Source: Bugula neritina
Taxonomy: Eukaryota > Animalia > Bryozoa
DNA length: 64,000 nt
Reading direction: 5' to 3'
NCBI GenBank assembly: GCA_964035545.1
Contig: OZ037766.1
Location: 7,306,722 to 7,370,721 of the forward strand
Shown piece by piece: positions 1 to 12,726 of the stretch; the first letter of the stretch is position 1; each line of letters opens with the position of its first letter. The position numbers and the translations under genes are program-made. Under the pieces are notes generated by a model. The model was not told the origin of the DNA and searched no databases. It worked only from the letters and a program-made list of their open reading frames with translations.

Positions 1-1322
1 ACAATAATTAGATTAGATAGCACACATGTACATATGCAGAAAACTTGTCTATCCTTAGACTGTGATAACATTATTAGTGACAGTTTTTCCTTAGCCTTAA
101 TGTTCAACTCAACTATTTAATGCTTTGCATAATTTTATGGCCAACTCTTACTTATTTCATATTGCCATCTGCAAAGTTAGAATAACCTAATTTCCAATAT
201 AATTAGCAGGAAAATTATGAAATTATCTGCAAAAACTGTTCCCTATTTTATCATTTAACATCAAGGCTGTTGTCATAGAATTCATCTTTAACAGTTTTAT
301 TTTTTGGTCCCAGCTGTCATTTAGGTGTAGCAGTGGAGAAATTTCAATAACCCAAGTTCTTTTATTTTCTTCAGAAGTTTGGGTTTGGGGCTAGATTGAA
401 ATTCTTGTGTGAACATCATTTGTTACATTTTCCATCTAGAACACAAGCTTTTCCCATTTTCTCCATTACTGCAACTACCTCTAATTTTTTTAAGAAGGTT
501 CGTGAGGATTATTTCTAATTAGTGACCAGGCCGAACCTTGGTATGATTGTATCATCACCCTAGGCCCCTCTCCATTTCACAAAGTATCTGAATCTATCAT
601 TGCTGTCAATCAGTGCCTGTATTCAGTAACCTGTTGGTCTTGTGGAGGAGTTGTTAGTATTTTAAGATTTTGTTGATAAAAGTGAAAGCTTCTGAACTAG
701 ACTAGTAAAGTTGGTTTGTAAAGGTCACGTAACTAGATTACTAACTATCAATCAGTTAGTCACTGTCTTTTGATTGATGGCTGGTAGTACAATGTACAGC
801 TGTTAAAACTATCATTTCCTAACATAATAATATTTTGTGCAACTGAACTCTGACATAACCCATAGTAGAGTAATAGCATGATAGACCACATACTTCGGAT
901 GGTTCTATTCATGATCTATGACAATTCTACTAAAATAAGTGACAAACGATAAAAAGGAAATGTTGATTTATTAAAATGATTGTTATGCAGCCAAATGCAT
1001 GGAATGATAGTAAAAAATTGTCTCTTCACCCAAACCAATTTAAAAAATAAAAACTAATGCTAAAATTCACATATAAAAAGCAGTGTATCAAAAATTAACA
1101 CTCCATCTATGTGGTATTGGCCTATTGTCAAGTTATGCAGTAAGTGGAGTGAATATATTAGATATTATATACAATACTGTGATGCTCATCACTATGTCCA
1201 TTGCACTGCTGTGGGTAATTAGAAATCATAGGATGAGTTGTACTTTCTCTTCCAATACTATGACATGGTTTATAGTTTCTATAGTCTCATGTCTTGTTTT
1301 GGTCTGGCGGATAAACCCGCTG

Positions 1323-4300
1323 TTACTGTGTTATCTGTGAGTGGTTGCTCATTGGTATCGCCATTGTCACTGAACTGCTGCTATCGATGCTTGACATCAG
1401 TCCGTTGGTGGTGGGAAGGGAAGTCCTGGCTTCGGATGAGTTTATTGGTCCCCCAGAGCTAAGTGCTGCTGAAGAAGTCATCAAACTGTTAGATGTTGAG
1501 GACATTGTCAGTAGATTTTGTGTAGTTAGTGTGTTGATTGTTGTAGTTGGTGTGTTGGCTGTTGTAGTTGGTGTGTTGTCTGTTGTAGTTGGTGTGTTGG
1601 CTGTTGTAGTTGGTGTGTTGATTGTTGTAGTTGGTGTGTTGTCTGTTGTAGTTGGTGTGTTGGCTGTTGTAGTTGGTGTGTTGATTGTAGTAGTTGGTAT
1701 GTTGGCTGTTGTAGTTGATGTGTTGACTGTTGTAGTTGGTGTGTTGTCTGTTGTAGTTGTTGTGCCACTTGTTGTTTCTGATATATTAGCATCTGCAAGT
1801 GTTGAGTTTGTTGCTGCTGCCATTGTTGGTTGACGTTGTTTTGAAGTTGGTAAGAATGGTGCAAGTGTGATATTAAAGTTCTCTTCTACTGGGGTCATGC
1901 TGCTTGCTGCCACAATGCTGTTTTTAGGCTGTGATAAACTAGTGACAGATAACACTGGCCCAGCAGTTACACTGCTTGTGACTAAGTCAGCTGGGTCGGT
2001 TTGTCGTGTGGTCTGGTTGTCTGCACTTGGTGCAGAAGTGTTTGCATGTTGTGTCTGATTATACTCCAGTGAGAAACCCTCTAATGTCATTGTGGAGGTC
2101 TCTGAAACACTACTGTTAGTGTTGACTAGTGGTATAGGAGCTGCAGTTGTTGTGTTGAGTAGGCTATGCGGCACGCCCGTAGATTGAGGAGTAGATGTTT
2201 GTGTTTTTGTATCCGAGCTGCTATTAGTAGACGTTGTAGATAAATTGTGATCCTCATCAGCTGTAGATATGTTTACTGTCTCAGACGTGATGTTTTTATC
2301 TGGAGCATTAGCAGTTGTCATCACAATCCCGTTGGTGGAGTTACTAGGAACACCTGGATGTATGCTGATGTGATGAGTCACTGTTGTAGTGGAGTGTTTT
2401 GAGTACTCGATGGTAGATGGGGTCGTGTGCTGCGCTAAGCCCGAGTCTGTACCCGTAGAGGTCAACTCAGATTCTCTACTCTCAGATGTATATGCTGGCA
2501 TTGTTGTCTGTGGTAATGTTATGTTCTGTTGGTCTGCTAATGTAGACTCACTGGGTAACAGTGATGGATTTTGTTGAGTGACTGTAGTCGTCACCTCTGT
2601 GAGATGATAACTTCGAAATGTTGAAGAAAGAGTTGCAGTCACTGCGCTTGTGTTAACTATAGAGCTCGTAGCATTGTACATAGGAGTTACGATGCCTTGT
2701 ATTCCATTTGAATAGCTTTTAAAGCCGCCGTAGAAATAAAGAAGTGCACCAACTATTCCGAGTACTACAGCGACTGAGATTATTGTAACAATGCAGGCTA
2801 TTCCACATTTCCTTATAGAAAGTGCGTGACTCAGTTTGGTAGTATCGTCGCAGCTGGTGATGTCATAATCACGGACTTTCACCAGACCAGCCTCGATGTC
2901 ATAACTAGCAGGACTGGAACTGCTGCTACATTCATCATCAGGCTGTACTTTAGACTGAAATGTACTGCTAAGTAACTTATGCCATTCTCTGATTCGTTTT
3001 TCTCTTTCGGTTATCTCGTGCTCTTGTATTGATAGTCGCTGCTTGATTTTGGCAGCGTTTTTCGAAACTTCCTCTTCTAGTAGATGTATGTGAGTCAGAT
3101 CAGCTTCGTCCTCGGCCACCACCCAGTAGCTGGTAGGTCGGTGCTGAGAGCTAGATACTAGTTTAGAGTAGTAGTTATCTATTACATCCTTGTATGTGGT
3201 TAGGGTTGTGTAAGTAGAAATGGCTAACGTTTGATATTGGGAACTGTTTTTAGTATTCTCATTTCTTTCCAATGTTGAATGACTGCCTTCAGTGTTAGCA
3301 ATAAAGTCAGTTCTTGGCTCTATTCCTTTCAGAAGAGATCTAATTCGACAAGCTATGCATCCTGAAATATAAAATCAAAATATATAAATCATGTGACCTG
3401 GTTATAGCCTTGCATTTGCATATGATGTTCTATAGTCTATACTCTATACTATGGAGTAGTGATTTCATTGACACAAACAGAGTTATGAAATCTACTGCCA
3501 TGCCATGTACACAATACACAACACATCCCAACTAGACAGTTCATAGGTGAAATGTGTAGGCTTTGGATGGCTATGGAAGGGGTGATATCATAAAATATTA
3601 GGAAAAAATTATGGGATTTCAGTTTAATGTTTACCAATATTTGTTTTCTATAAAAGTTGAATTGGTTTGTGTTCAGGAATGTAGCCGACTGTATTACACA
3701 GAGAGATAGCAGGGGTAACCTACAGGATATTTTCTACAGTAATACTCTGTTACCTGGAAACTACTCTAGCTAGTATGTCATACAAATATCGCCAGTTACA
3801 TCCCATATCTATAGCTAGAGAGTTTTACCTTACACTAGTTCTATGAATTCTAGGATACATTTTGTTTTAATTAAATAAATGATAACTTTAATTGATTTAG
3901 TTTTTTAGTGTCTCACCACTATTAACGCCTATGTCGAATAAGCTAAATCAACCTACCAATCTGTTTCATAGATTTTTCCACTTCATGCATTTGTTCATCT
4001 TCAACTGGGAGAGAAGACGGTACGCCTGTGGTGTATGTATTCAAGTCTGACACACTCCTTTCTAAACTCTCTATCTCACTCTCTATGTTGGCTGATTGTC
4101 CCAGGTAGTTGTTGATAGATTGCTTAAGGATTCTAGAGTTTCGGTTATCTAATGGGATCTTGGCGCTCCGTCTCCTCTCTGTGTTTGTGTTGACTAGAAA
4201 CTCAAGCTCTGGGTAGGAGTCCCTGACCATCATGGCAATCTCTACAAGATAGTGATATGAGCTAAGAGCAGTTACACATACAGTTCAGAATGACGAGTCA

Positions 4301-7300
4301 TCTATGTGCTGCTTAGAATTTTGAAAATACCTGAACAAGTATATATTGTGATGAATTGTTTTAAACACAATATGATCTCCGATATCATTTGTTGTTGCAA
4401 CTTTAATGGGTGGAAATTTCATCCATATTTGATGTTGGTGGGTTTAAATAGTCTACAAATATCACTAACAACTTTCTAAGTCTTTGTCATGATATGTCTA
4501 CTTTCAAATCACTCAATGTTTTCAATTTTGACTTGGCATTCCCTTTCAGTCAGTTTATACAGAATCTAAAAGTTTGGTTACCCACTAATCACTAATGGAA
4601 TGTTTCACTTAGTTTATCAACTGTTCCCATCTAAAATTACAAAACCTAATTAATTGGCATGATTTTTATGCAATAATGCAATATTTTGTCAGATGAAATG
4701 CAAAGCATCTAATTTGAATTACTTGTTTGACAATAGGCAAGTGCTTCAGGTGAAAATATCCTTTCAGATGTTGGTTAGAGTTTTGCAAACATTTCTTATT
4801 GTTACAAAGCTAGATCATGTTGGAAATGCCTTTGATGTAGTTGAATGCCTGATGACATGAACTTAAAAGTCAACAATTTTCACCAAAGCTATTGTTATAC
4901 CCACTCTGGTTGTGTGAACATGAAAACATGAACATGCCTCATCACTCATTCGTGAAGTAGTATGTAACTGGTTTATAGAAACTTGAATCTATTGCCATAG
5001 AGATAAACAGTGGATGTTAGTAAAAATGTTAGCTATTTGTGCTTAGCTACCCAAAAACCTGACCAAAGTAAAGCTCCATATAGTTTCAATGAACAGGGTT
5101 GATAAAACTGAGTGTAAAAATTTCCCTTTTCCACAGATATGTTGCATTCCCATTCTAGCTTCAAAATACGATCTTGAAAAGAGTTGAAGCTAAACCAAAC
5201 GTTGAATTTATATACACCTACAGTCCACTTCATTTACCATGCCATTAAGCCACAGTGTACATTTCTAGTTAGTCAATAAATAAAATCAACGAAAAAAAGA
5301 GAATGATGACAAGATGGTATTTAGTGCATAATTTAGTGTAAACATTTTTAAGCTCAGATTTGATCTAACACACTAAGAAGTAGAAATGAATTAAAAATCG
5401 ACTTTGAGCTCTTAATAATTGTTTATTTACTTGTGTTTTTAATTAATATATAATTATCATAAAGTCTCACCTGTTGGTTAGGTATGATAAAATGATATTT
5501 GTGAATTGTGTCCAAATTAGTTTAACTGTTTTTTATACTTATTAGTCTTCGAAGCCCCTTTTACATCTCCTACATCCTTGCTATAGTGGATGTTATGCAG
5601 TATGAAATGACCAGCTAGTCAATAGCTTTGAGAATTACATTTTCCTGCATTTTGATTGGCTGATTGATAAAACTGCTGGAGTTATCTTACACTGTATGTG
5701 AAGATGCAGAGTGATTCAACCAAAAGTGTGTTTTGTATTTGAAATGTGATTAGTACGTTGAACTCGATTTGCCCAATTTAATGACTGTGTTATGTTAATA
5801 AAACTAACAATAGCTGTCATATTTGATCAAATTACTCAAGTATTTTTGTCACCAGCCTTTTATTATTTTACTGAGTAATAAATTTAATTAATTTCACTAG
5901 CTATTCACTAGTTGCTATTCAGCATGAAGTTAAATACCCAGACATTATATCTCCCATGAATCATATAGCAACGGATTTCATAGTTGCATTTGGTATGACA
6001 CCCCAGTTGATATTTTACCACAATTAACTATCTCTTCCCTTATAAGTTTCTAACTTCCTAAAGTGAAAAAGCATTCTTTTATATCTTGTATAATACATCA
6101 CTTGTAGGTTAGTTTAGAACCACCCATATTGAATATAGGTAGTGCATGGAAAGTAGTATATATAATTATTTTCATAAGGTGAAAATGCATGCACTGAATG
6201 CCTTTTCCGTTATCATTTTTATTACCTCATGGCTTATAATATTTGTTTGGTCGACTTCTTGAGTACAGCTAGTTGGTATCAGCTTTTACTAATTGCACTA
6301 CAGACACATTACATTGTCTATTAGCACTATGCACTATAGCCTACACCTTGCTATACTACTAACATTCATTTTGTATGATTTCATCAGCTGTTGTTATACT
6401 CATAGTGCATATGTTTGCTTTAATAATATTATTTAACATAATGACTATTACTAATAAGAGAGAGACAATGATACAAGTGACAATTTTATAATAGACTGCT
6501 AATTCTTCTGGTATTACTCAGCTACTGGTAAGAAAATGAAAACAGCTGAAATTACAAGACTGGTTTATGCATTACGTCAACATATTATAGACTTGCTATC
6601 AAAATATTAGTACAACTGTGGTGGGAGTTGTGAACTATGTTGTGAAATGGCCGTTTAAATTCTCAATTTTCAATTTAAAAATCCATCATAGAATAATACT
6701 ATAATGTGTAGATTTGCTTTGTAACTATGGAAACCAAATTTCCTGTTTGGAATTTCCTTTCATATAGTGTAACACTTAGATCTGTTCGTGTAGCGATCTA
6801 GTTACTGTCTGTCCATATCTCCTCTCCCTCCCCCTGTTCACTGCAAGCTCTACCAAAATGTCCAGTGACCAGGGGTCAGCAATTAATGTTTGTGGTTGAC
6901 CCAACTGCCACATAAAAGTAAACCCCCTTGATTATCTTGTAAATTATTATTATTTTGCATTTATATATACACGGCTTAGATGGAAAATTACTTACTATGT
7001 CTTGCATATTTTTCTTTTGGTTTTGAACTTATCAAATTGCTTACCCTGAACAGATTTGTAATTCATTAACTGGACATTTAAACTAATTAAAAGTTTTATC
7101 GTTTTTTTTACTATTCAGTTAGCCCTGTTCTTGTTACTCATGTTTAAACAAGGTGATTAATACACATACTAGCAGCTGACTTTATTCTATCTCACCTCAA
7201 AGGTGTATCCCATTCATTTCTTTTGTCACTTTCAGTACTATTTATAAAAGGCCGTGACTCTGAATCTATGATTATGAATTCACAGTCCGATAACAATCAC

Positions 7301-9679
7301 AAACTAGCAACAAAACTTGACTCTTCTTATCTAATGTCATGTTATACCAGTGTGAGTAATATAGTCTTAAAGCCAGTTCATTGCTATTGTCTGCATTGTT
7401 AGCTTTTTATTCAATCACTCTAATCTTATTCATGTAAAGAAGTTTCAAACTTAATCTCATCTTTATGACTTGTTCGCCAGTTATTTTCATGGTTGTAAAA
7501 GTTATTTTTTAGGGCAACTCCTTTTTTAATTTCAAATATGACTCACAGATCAAATTATGTAACATTTTTATACTGACAAGTTTTCTAATATGGAAATCTA
7601 ATCATGGTAACTGCATTTGTTTTATGGACAAGATATGACTTTCAAATGTAGACAGATTAATTTAAGCGGAAAAGTGCTGCGGTGGCTGAATCTTTTTTTC
7701 TAGTTGATAGGAAAAGCAATGCCATCTTAGATAAGGTTTTAGTACATCATTTTCAGTTGAATTTTCAATAGAATGCACATGGAATGTAAACTAATTGAAT
7801 CCAAAACTGTAAGGCAGCCATCGTGTTAACTCAGACTCATACAAACTCATCAAACCTAAACCCACTCTTGTTTACACATTCTGTCCCCCCCCCCCCCCAT
7901 AGAATTCTTTAGGAATCTTCCAAATAATTACGATTTCATATTTTTAAAACTTTAGCCTGTTTCACACATTTCTTTGAACACTTGGGTGCTATGGGACACA
8001 TCAAGATTGTTTTTGAAAGTCCTGATTTAGAAGTTGGCGAGCTCTATTTTGGCTGAAATACCTGCATACTAGTTCCGAGAAACATTTTGAAAATTTAGTA
8101 GTATCTAAAATTGGCAGCGTTTCTGACAAAAGCACTACGACTGCTCCAACTGCCAACATTTATGATTCTCCAGTCCATTAACCCTCAAGACTCCATGATT
8201 TATAGCAGATGTATAGTTTTTACTTTAGAGTTTAGACATTTCAAACTGAACAAAACTGCTGTTGTCATATGACCTATATCTGTTGCCATTTGACCTATAT
8301 AGCCTGTGACTAGGTGACTCATTACTCACTACATTAGCTGGGTAATTAACCAGCTAATTCAAATGTAAATATATCGGACAACTGTGATTTCAGTTGACAA
8401 ACGTAAAACATATTTCATAAATGGAGACAAAATTAAATAAAGTTATAATATACAAGCTTATTTTCTTCCAAAAGGCTAAATATCACATTGCCTCTTTGTA
8501 TAGATTATTAAACAATGCATGGCCTATGTTATCACTCAGTTTCCATCTATTAATAGTAATGTTTGCTGCAATCTACTTTCTGGTGAGTGATGACAGGCGT
8601 GTTTGCTGCTTACAATCAACATTGAGTCAGCTCAAAATATAGATAGTCTTATGCACAACTTAAGATTTCTATAAATAACATTTTTGTAGCATTCGCACTT
8701 TTTTATCAAAATTTGAATTGTAATTATTATGGCTAGTTTTCTGTACAGTCTCAAGCTGTTGGGTTTTAGACACTGTATCCTGGAACTTTGAGGTCAAACT
8801 GCTACAATTCTATTCATGTAACATATTATTTTAGATGATAAAAAAAAGTTTTAAATAGCTGAATAATGGAGCAGCTAATATTGTGCTTCTGCCTTAGCCA
8901 ATTGGAAGCTATTCAGGTCCATCTATATTGGTACAGTTTCATGAAAAGGCTTTGGTGACAGTAGACCTGAATGGGTGATTTGAGGCTGGGGTTAACACTG
9001 ACACTGGTGGGGGAGGGGGCCCTCTACCTAATTTGTGTATTCAACAGAAATAGAGGAAAATTTTGCTGTTGAAATACTTGTCAAATTAGAGTTTTGTAAA
9101 AAATGTGCTGAACTTCTAATTCACTCAGGTTATGGTTTTGAAAAAACTTCCTAACTTTCACAGTGAAATTTATAATTGAGAGCCAGTGATTTATTTGCAC
9201 CATCGTGTGAATTTGAGGTAATTTGCAAAGAATCTTTCCCAGCAGCTATAAAATGCACTTATCAGAGTGAGCTGTTTGTCTATAGTAATATGTGTCTGTA
9301 GCATAAGTATGTCATGGACATGCAAATGATAATATTGTACTGATGTCTTGTCTTCCTAATTTACTTTTATACTCAATGTGCAATTTCCTTTCACACTGGG
9401 TGATCTACTCAGCACAATACTATACATTACTTGACTACTACTCAGTACTATACCCTGCTACTAGTAATTAGTACTACTAGTATTACTATTAGTGAGAGAC
9501 TTTACTCATAGTTACTACAAATTTTATAACTAACAAAGCATTTTCTCACCAGCTGTGTGCCTTCTCCTTTGGGGAAGAGTATATGTTCCTGTATTGTTGG
9601 CTGACCAGCGCCTTGGTAAGGTCTTAAACTCCATGGCTTCTGGCTCCAGATCTGTCTTCCACACTCTTACGGCAGCCAT
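1323..9679 (-). CDS. Type-II single-pass membrane mucin-like protein (~817 aa if all three exons are used); exons 9679-9550, 4241-3957, 3361-1323
   Basis: The 649-aa ORF extends upstream to a TTTCAG acceptor (exon start 3361). Exon 4241-3957 ends ATTG|GTAGGT in phase 1 and joins it in frame. Exon 9679-9550 (AACATGG start, GCTG|GTGAG, phase 1) joins the CTTGTAG acceptor at 4241 in frame. This first exon is less certain; the alternative start is ATG 4233. The protein has no signal peptide, a charged coiled-coil-like N-region, one TM (RKCGIACIVTIISVAVVLGIVGALLYFY, ~2807-2730) and then ~470 aa of S/T/P-rich sequence with many N-x-S/T sequons. Minus-strand AATAAA near 970. Confidence 0.75.
1527..1760. 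repeat. 21-bp coding minisatellite (~11 copies) encoding TTT(A/D/I)NTP mucin repeats
   Basis: Unit gttgtagttggtgtgttg(g/a/t)(c/t)t is repeated in tandem. It also produces the spurious overlapping ORFs 1345-1833 and 1526-1864. Confidence 0.95.
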
Positions 9680-10391
9680 GTTTTGTTCACAACTTACAGC
9701 ACATAGTAGAACTCTGTATCTATCACAAATACCTCGTAGGCGGATGTGTATTTCTCGCCATAAACATGTGAGCTGCTGGTCTCCCACTAATAGACTGAGC
9801 GGTAGTCTCACTAAGTGGTGTACATTCGAACTCTCAGTGTGGTTGTCTACGTATAGCCTATGGACTACCCATATGACAATGCAGCTCTCTATCTTGTATA
9901 ACCAATAACGCTAATTATGATGAGGGTTGGAATGATGAAATATTCCTTGAGCTGACAGTTGGACATGTGACTTGCTGCTGCTCTTATTACAAACAGGATG
10001 ACAAGTTTAGTTACTCTGTGTTGGGTGTAACTACTAGTCTACCATAGGCTCTACCACCATCATCGGCTTGACACCAAGTTGACCTTGTGTTTTCATTAGG
10101 TCCTGTAGTCACAACATCTACATTCCTTGAATAATGTTGCACCAGCTGGAATGTGTTACTGCGTATAACTACATCACATGCTGTATTCACTTGACTGCAG
10201 TGTTGAACTTTGAGAGTTGGTGTTGTATCGAGGCTAGAATCTAGATAGAAATGTGTGTGAATACTTGCTAACTTGTAAATATTTTGTTGGGTAATTTTAA
10301 ACTCAAAGATTGGCTTCTAATATCTTGTAGGAATAAATGTTATGGGAACTGTAGCTGGAATAAAATATATTTGTTGTTTTTGTGTTTTTAG

Positions 10392-12258
10392 ATTTACACA
10401 AGAAGTGAGGAAATTTTTGGAAGTTCCAGAAAACAGAAGTAAGTTAGTCATAGTAGAATTGATTTCAGAATAATTTTTGTGTTACTAAGTGATTTCTCTG
10501 TAAGAAAACAGGATAGTTGCAGTTGAGAAGTTGTCTTCTCTGGACATTTGTACCCATGGCCTTGTTGGATCTATTTTAAAAATGCACTATAATGCACTTA
10601 GTATTACTATGTTGGTGATGCAGTATTCGATTGACATAGAAATAGCTTACTAGTTATCAAACTGCTTGAGTAAGTGTGTTTTACTTTTATTTGTTTATAA
10701 TTAGCAACTAGCAAACTCAACAGTTATTTTTCATGTTTTCATCGATTTCCATATGAAAGTAAAACTTGTGTATGTCAATGAGATAGATATAGAAAAGTGC
10801 AAAGACTATTACTGCTAATAATATTATGTAGTTATTAAGAAACTGTAGTTATTTGGTTAGACTCTTGATAGTTAGAGAGTATAAATAGATGGGAATTTTA
10901 TGCAGCATTATATCATCATTACAGATGCTGTTGTTGGTGTACACTGTACACACGGTCTTAACCGAACAGGCTATATCATATGCAAGTAAGTCTCCGAGTA
11001 TTATATACACCAGTGTGACTCACAATTATGCACATAATGTTATAGACATCACCATAGCTGTAAATAGTATAGTATAATGATGCTATTATTTTTGCACAAC
11101 AATTTCACTTCTTTCAAAGAGCTACAGCAGGAAAGGTTTTGTGGTATTTTTAGTACAAAATTTATTACCATTGGCTGGTGATTAGTTCCTTGCTTGCACT
11201 TTGTAGGTATTTGATAGAACATGAAAACATGGACCCTGAAGAGGCTATAAACCTGTTTAACGTCTGCAGAGGCCACGATATGGAGAGGGAAAACTACTTG
11301 ACACATCTGCGTACTGGTACACTGTAAGTTGAGTGGCAAAAGATTGCTACGAGGAGAATACGTTAAACGCCTAATATTTTCATCTTGCACTAATTTGCCA
11401 AAATTATTCTTTAAGCGGTTCCTAGTTGGGTTTAAGTTGGATTTTGAACTTCCCAATTCTAAACTTGAGACCCCAACTACTGCACTCAATCACCTCCAAC
11501 TCAAGGCTGCTCATAGATAATTTCAATTTATCATAACTCGGCTTTTTTTACTTAGCCTAACATAGTTTACTCTCCATCATGTGCAACACCATTAAACATG
11601 TACTAATTGGGAGTTATTGTCCCTATTTGGCAATGCGTGTGGATGAACAACTCTATAAAATTCTGTAAGTTTTGAAACCAAAATTCTGAGCTACTGTTTT
11701 TAAGCAAGTAGATTTTAAATGTAATTCCTATTACAATTCTTCATTTGAAACTGTTTTAGGCCTATAAATGAAGCAAAATCTTATTTGGATGCTGAATATA
11801 AAGACTCTAAGTTTCAATCCGGGAACAATAGCAGCAGAGGTGGTGGCAGGCACTCGTATAATGACTACAGACACCAGTCTAGTTTTTACAGTGAACCCCC
11901 CTACTATGACCAGAACTATTATTATGAACCTGAATATAGCACACGCCACCATCATGGGCACAGTAGTTATAACCAAAGCTACTATAGGAGAGGTGATGAC
12001 AGATTCTCCCACGATGACTATGCATATACTGACTCTTCTGATAATTACTCATCATTTGAGCGCAGGCCACTTTCTAGAGATACCTCACGGTATTATAGCA
12101 AATTACACAGTTCTCCAAAGAAGGATCATGGTAGCCGTCGTCAACATAATGATGACAGAAATTACCGGCGAACTCACGTTTCGGGCCATGGCAGGAAGGG
12201 AAAAGAAAGAAGGAGAACTCCAGATACCAAGTGTATGGAGAGTCGAGGCAAAGATTAA
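10392..12258 (+). CDS. DUSP11: RNA/RNP complex-1-interacting phosphatase (DUSP11/PIR1, RNA 5'-triphosphatase), 3' part; exons 10392-10438, 10925-10985, 11207-11323, 11760-12258; 5' exons not found in window
   Basis: Spliced translation FTQEVRKFLEVPENRNAVVGVHCTHGLNRTGYIICKYLIEHENMDPEEAINLFNVCRGHDMERENYLTHL contains the HCTHGLNRTG P-loop and RGH..ER.NY motifs typical of DUSP11. All junctions are AG/GTAAGT with consistent phases (2,1,2,2). The last exon encodes a Y/R/S/H-rich tail rather than a guanylyltransferase domain, which argues against the capping enzyme RNGTT. Confidence 0.9.
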
Positions 12259-12726
12259 TAATGTAGAATAGTGAAGATTTCAGTCTATATCAAGCTTGAA
12301 AATTTTAGATTAGGGAAAGAAATTTTATAGGTATGCATCATTTTATTAACATCATGTCCAGATATTTTTTTAATTTCATATGTAAATTAAAATATTTGTT
12401 GTCCAAAATAGTAACTTCATATTTTAATTAGCACTATGTTTTATAGTGTGTCACTAATTGGTTTTTGGTATATACTGTTATTTTATTTAAAAAATCAAAA
12501 TGTATAAATTTATAAAAAATATATTTAAATTATTTCAAAATTTATTTTAAATTTGAAAGTCCTTTGTTGTGTATATGTATTGCTAAACAATGTAAAAAGA
12601 TAAAAAAGATTGACAGTAGCAGTAAATGACAATACTAGAAAAATATATATGATTATAAATTGAAATAAACTTTCGTGTAATTCTATTACTACTTGCCGCT
12701 AGTAAAAAAATTTTTAAAAAAAAATT

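Noticed and set aside
700-745. + strand peptide LVKLVCKGHV resembling the pre-catalytic DUSP11/capping-enzyme segment
   Set aside because: In-frame stop just upstream, and no convincing acceptor or phase-2 donor. Probably chance.
1345-1864. Poly-Val (+) and poly-Gln (-) ORFs
   Set aside because: Alternative frames of the 21-bp mucin repeat.
4242-4330. Acceptor at 4330 as a coding extension of mucin exon 2
   Set aside because: All three frames hit stops before ATG 4233, so it could only be UTR.
9901-10047. + strand open stretch containing IFLELTVGHV as a possible missing DUSP11 exon
   Set aside because: No suitable splice sites, and the rest of the peptide shows no similarity.
11768-12271. 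167-aa ATG-initiated ORF overlapping the DUSP11 last exon in another frame
   Set aside because: Splice phase from the conserved upstream exon selects the Y/R-rich frame. This Thr/Ile/Met-rich frame looks like a shadow ORF.
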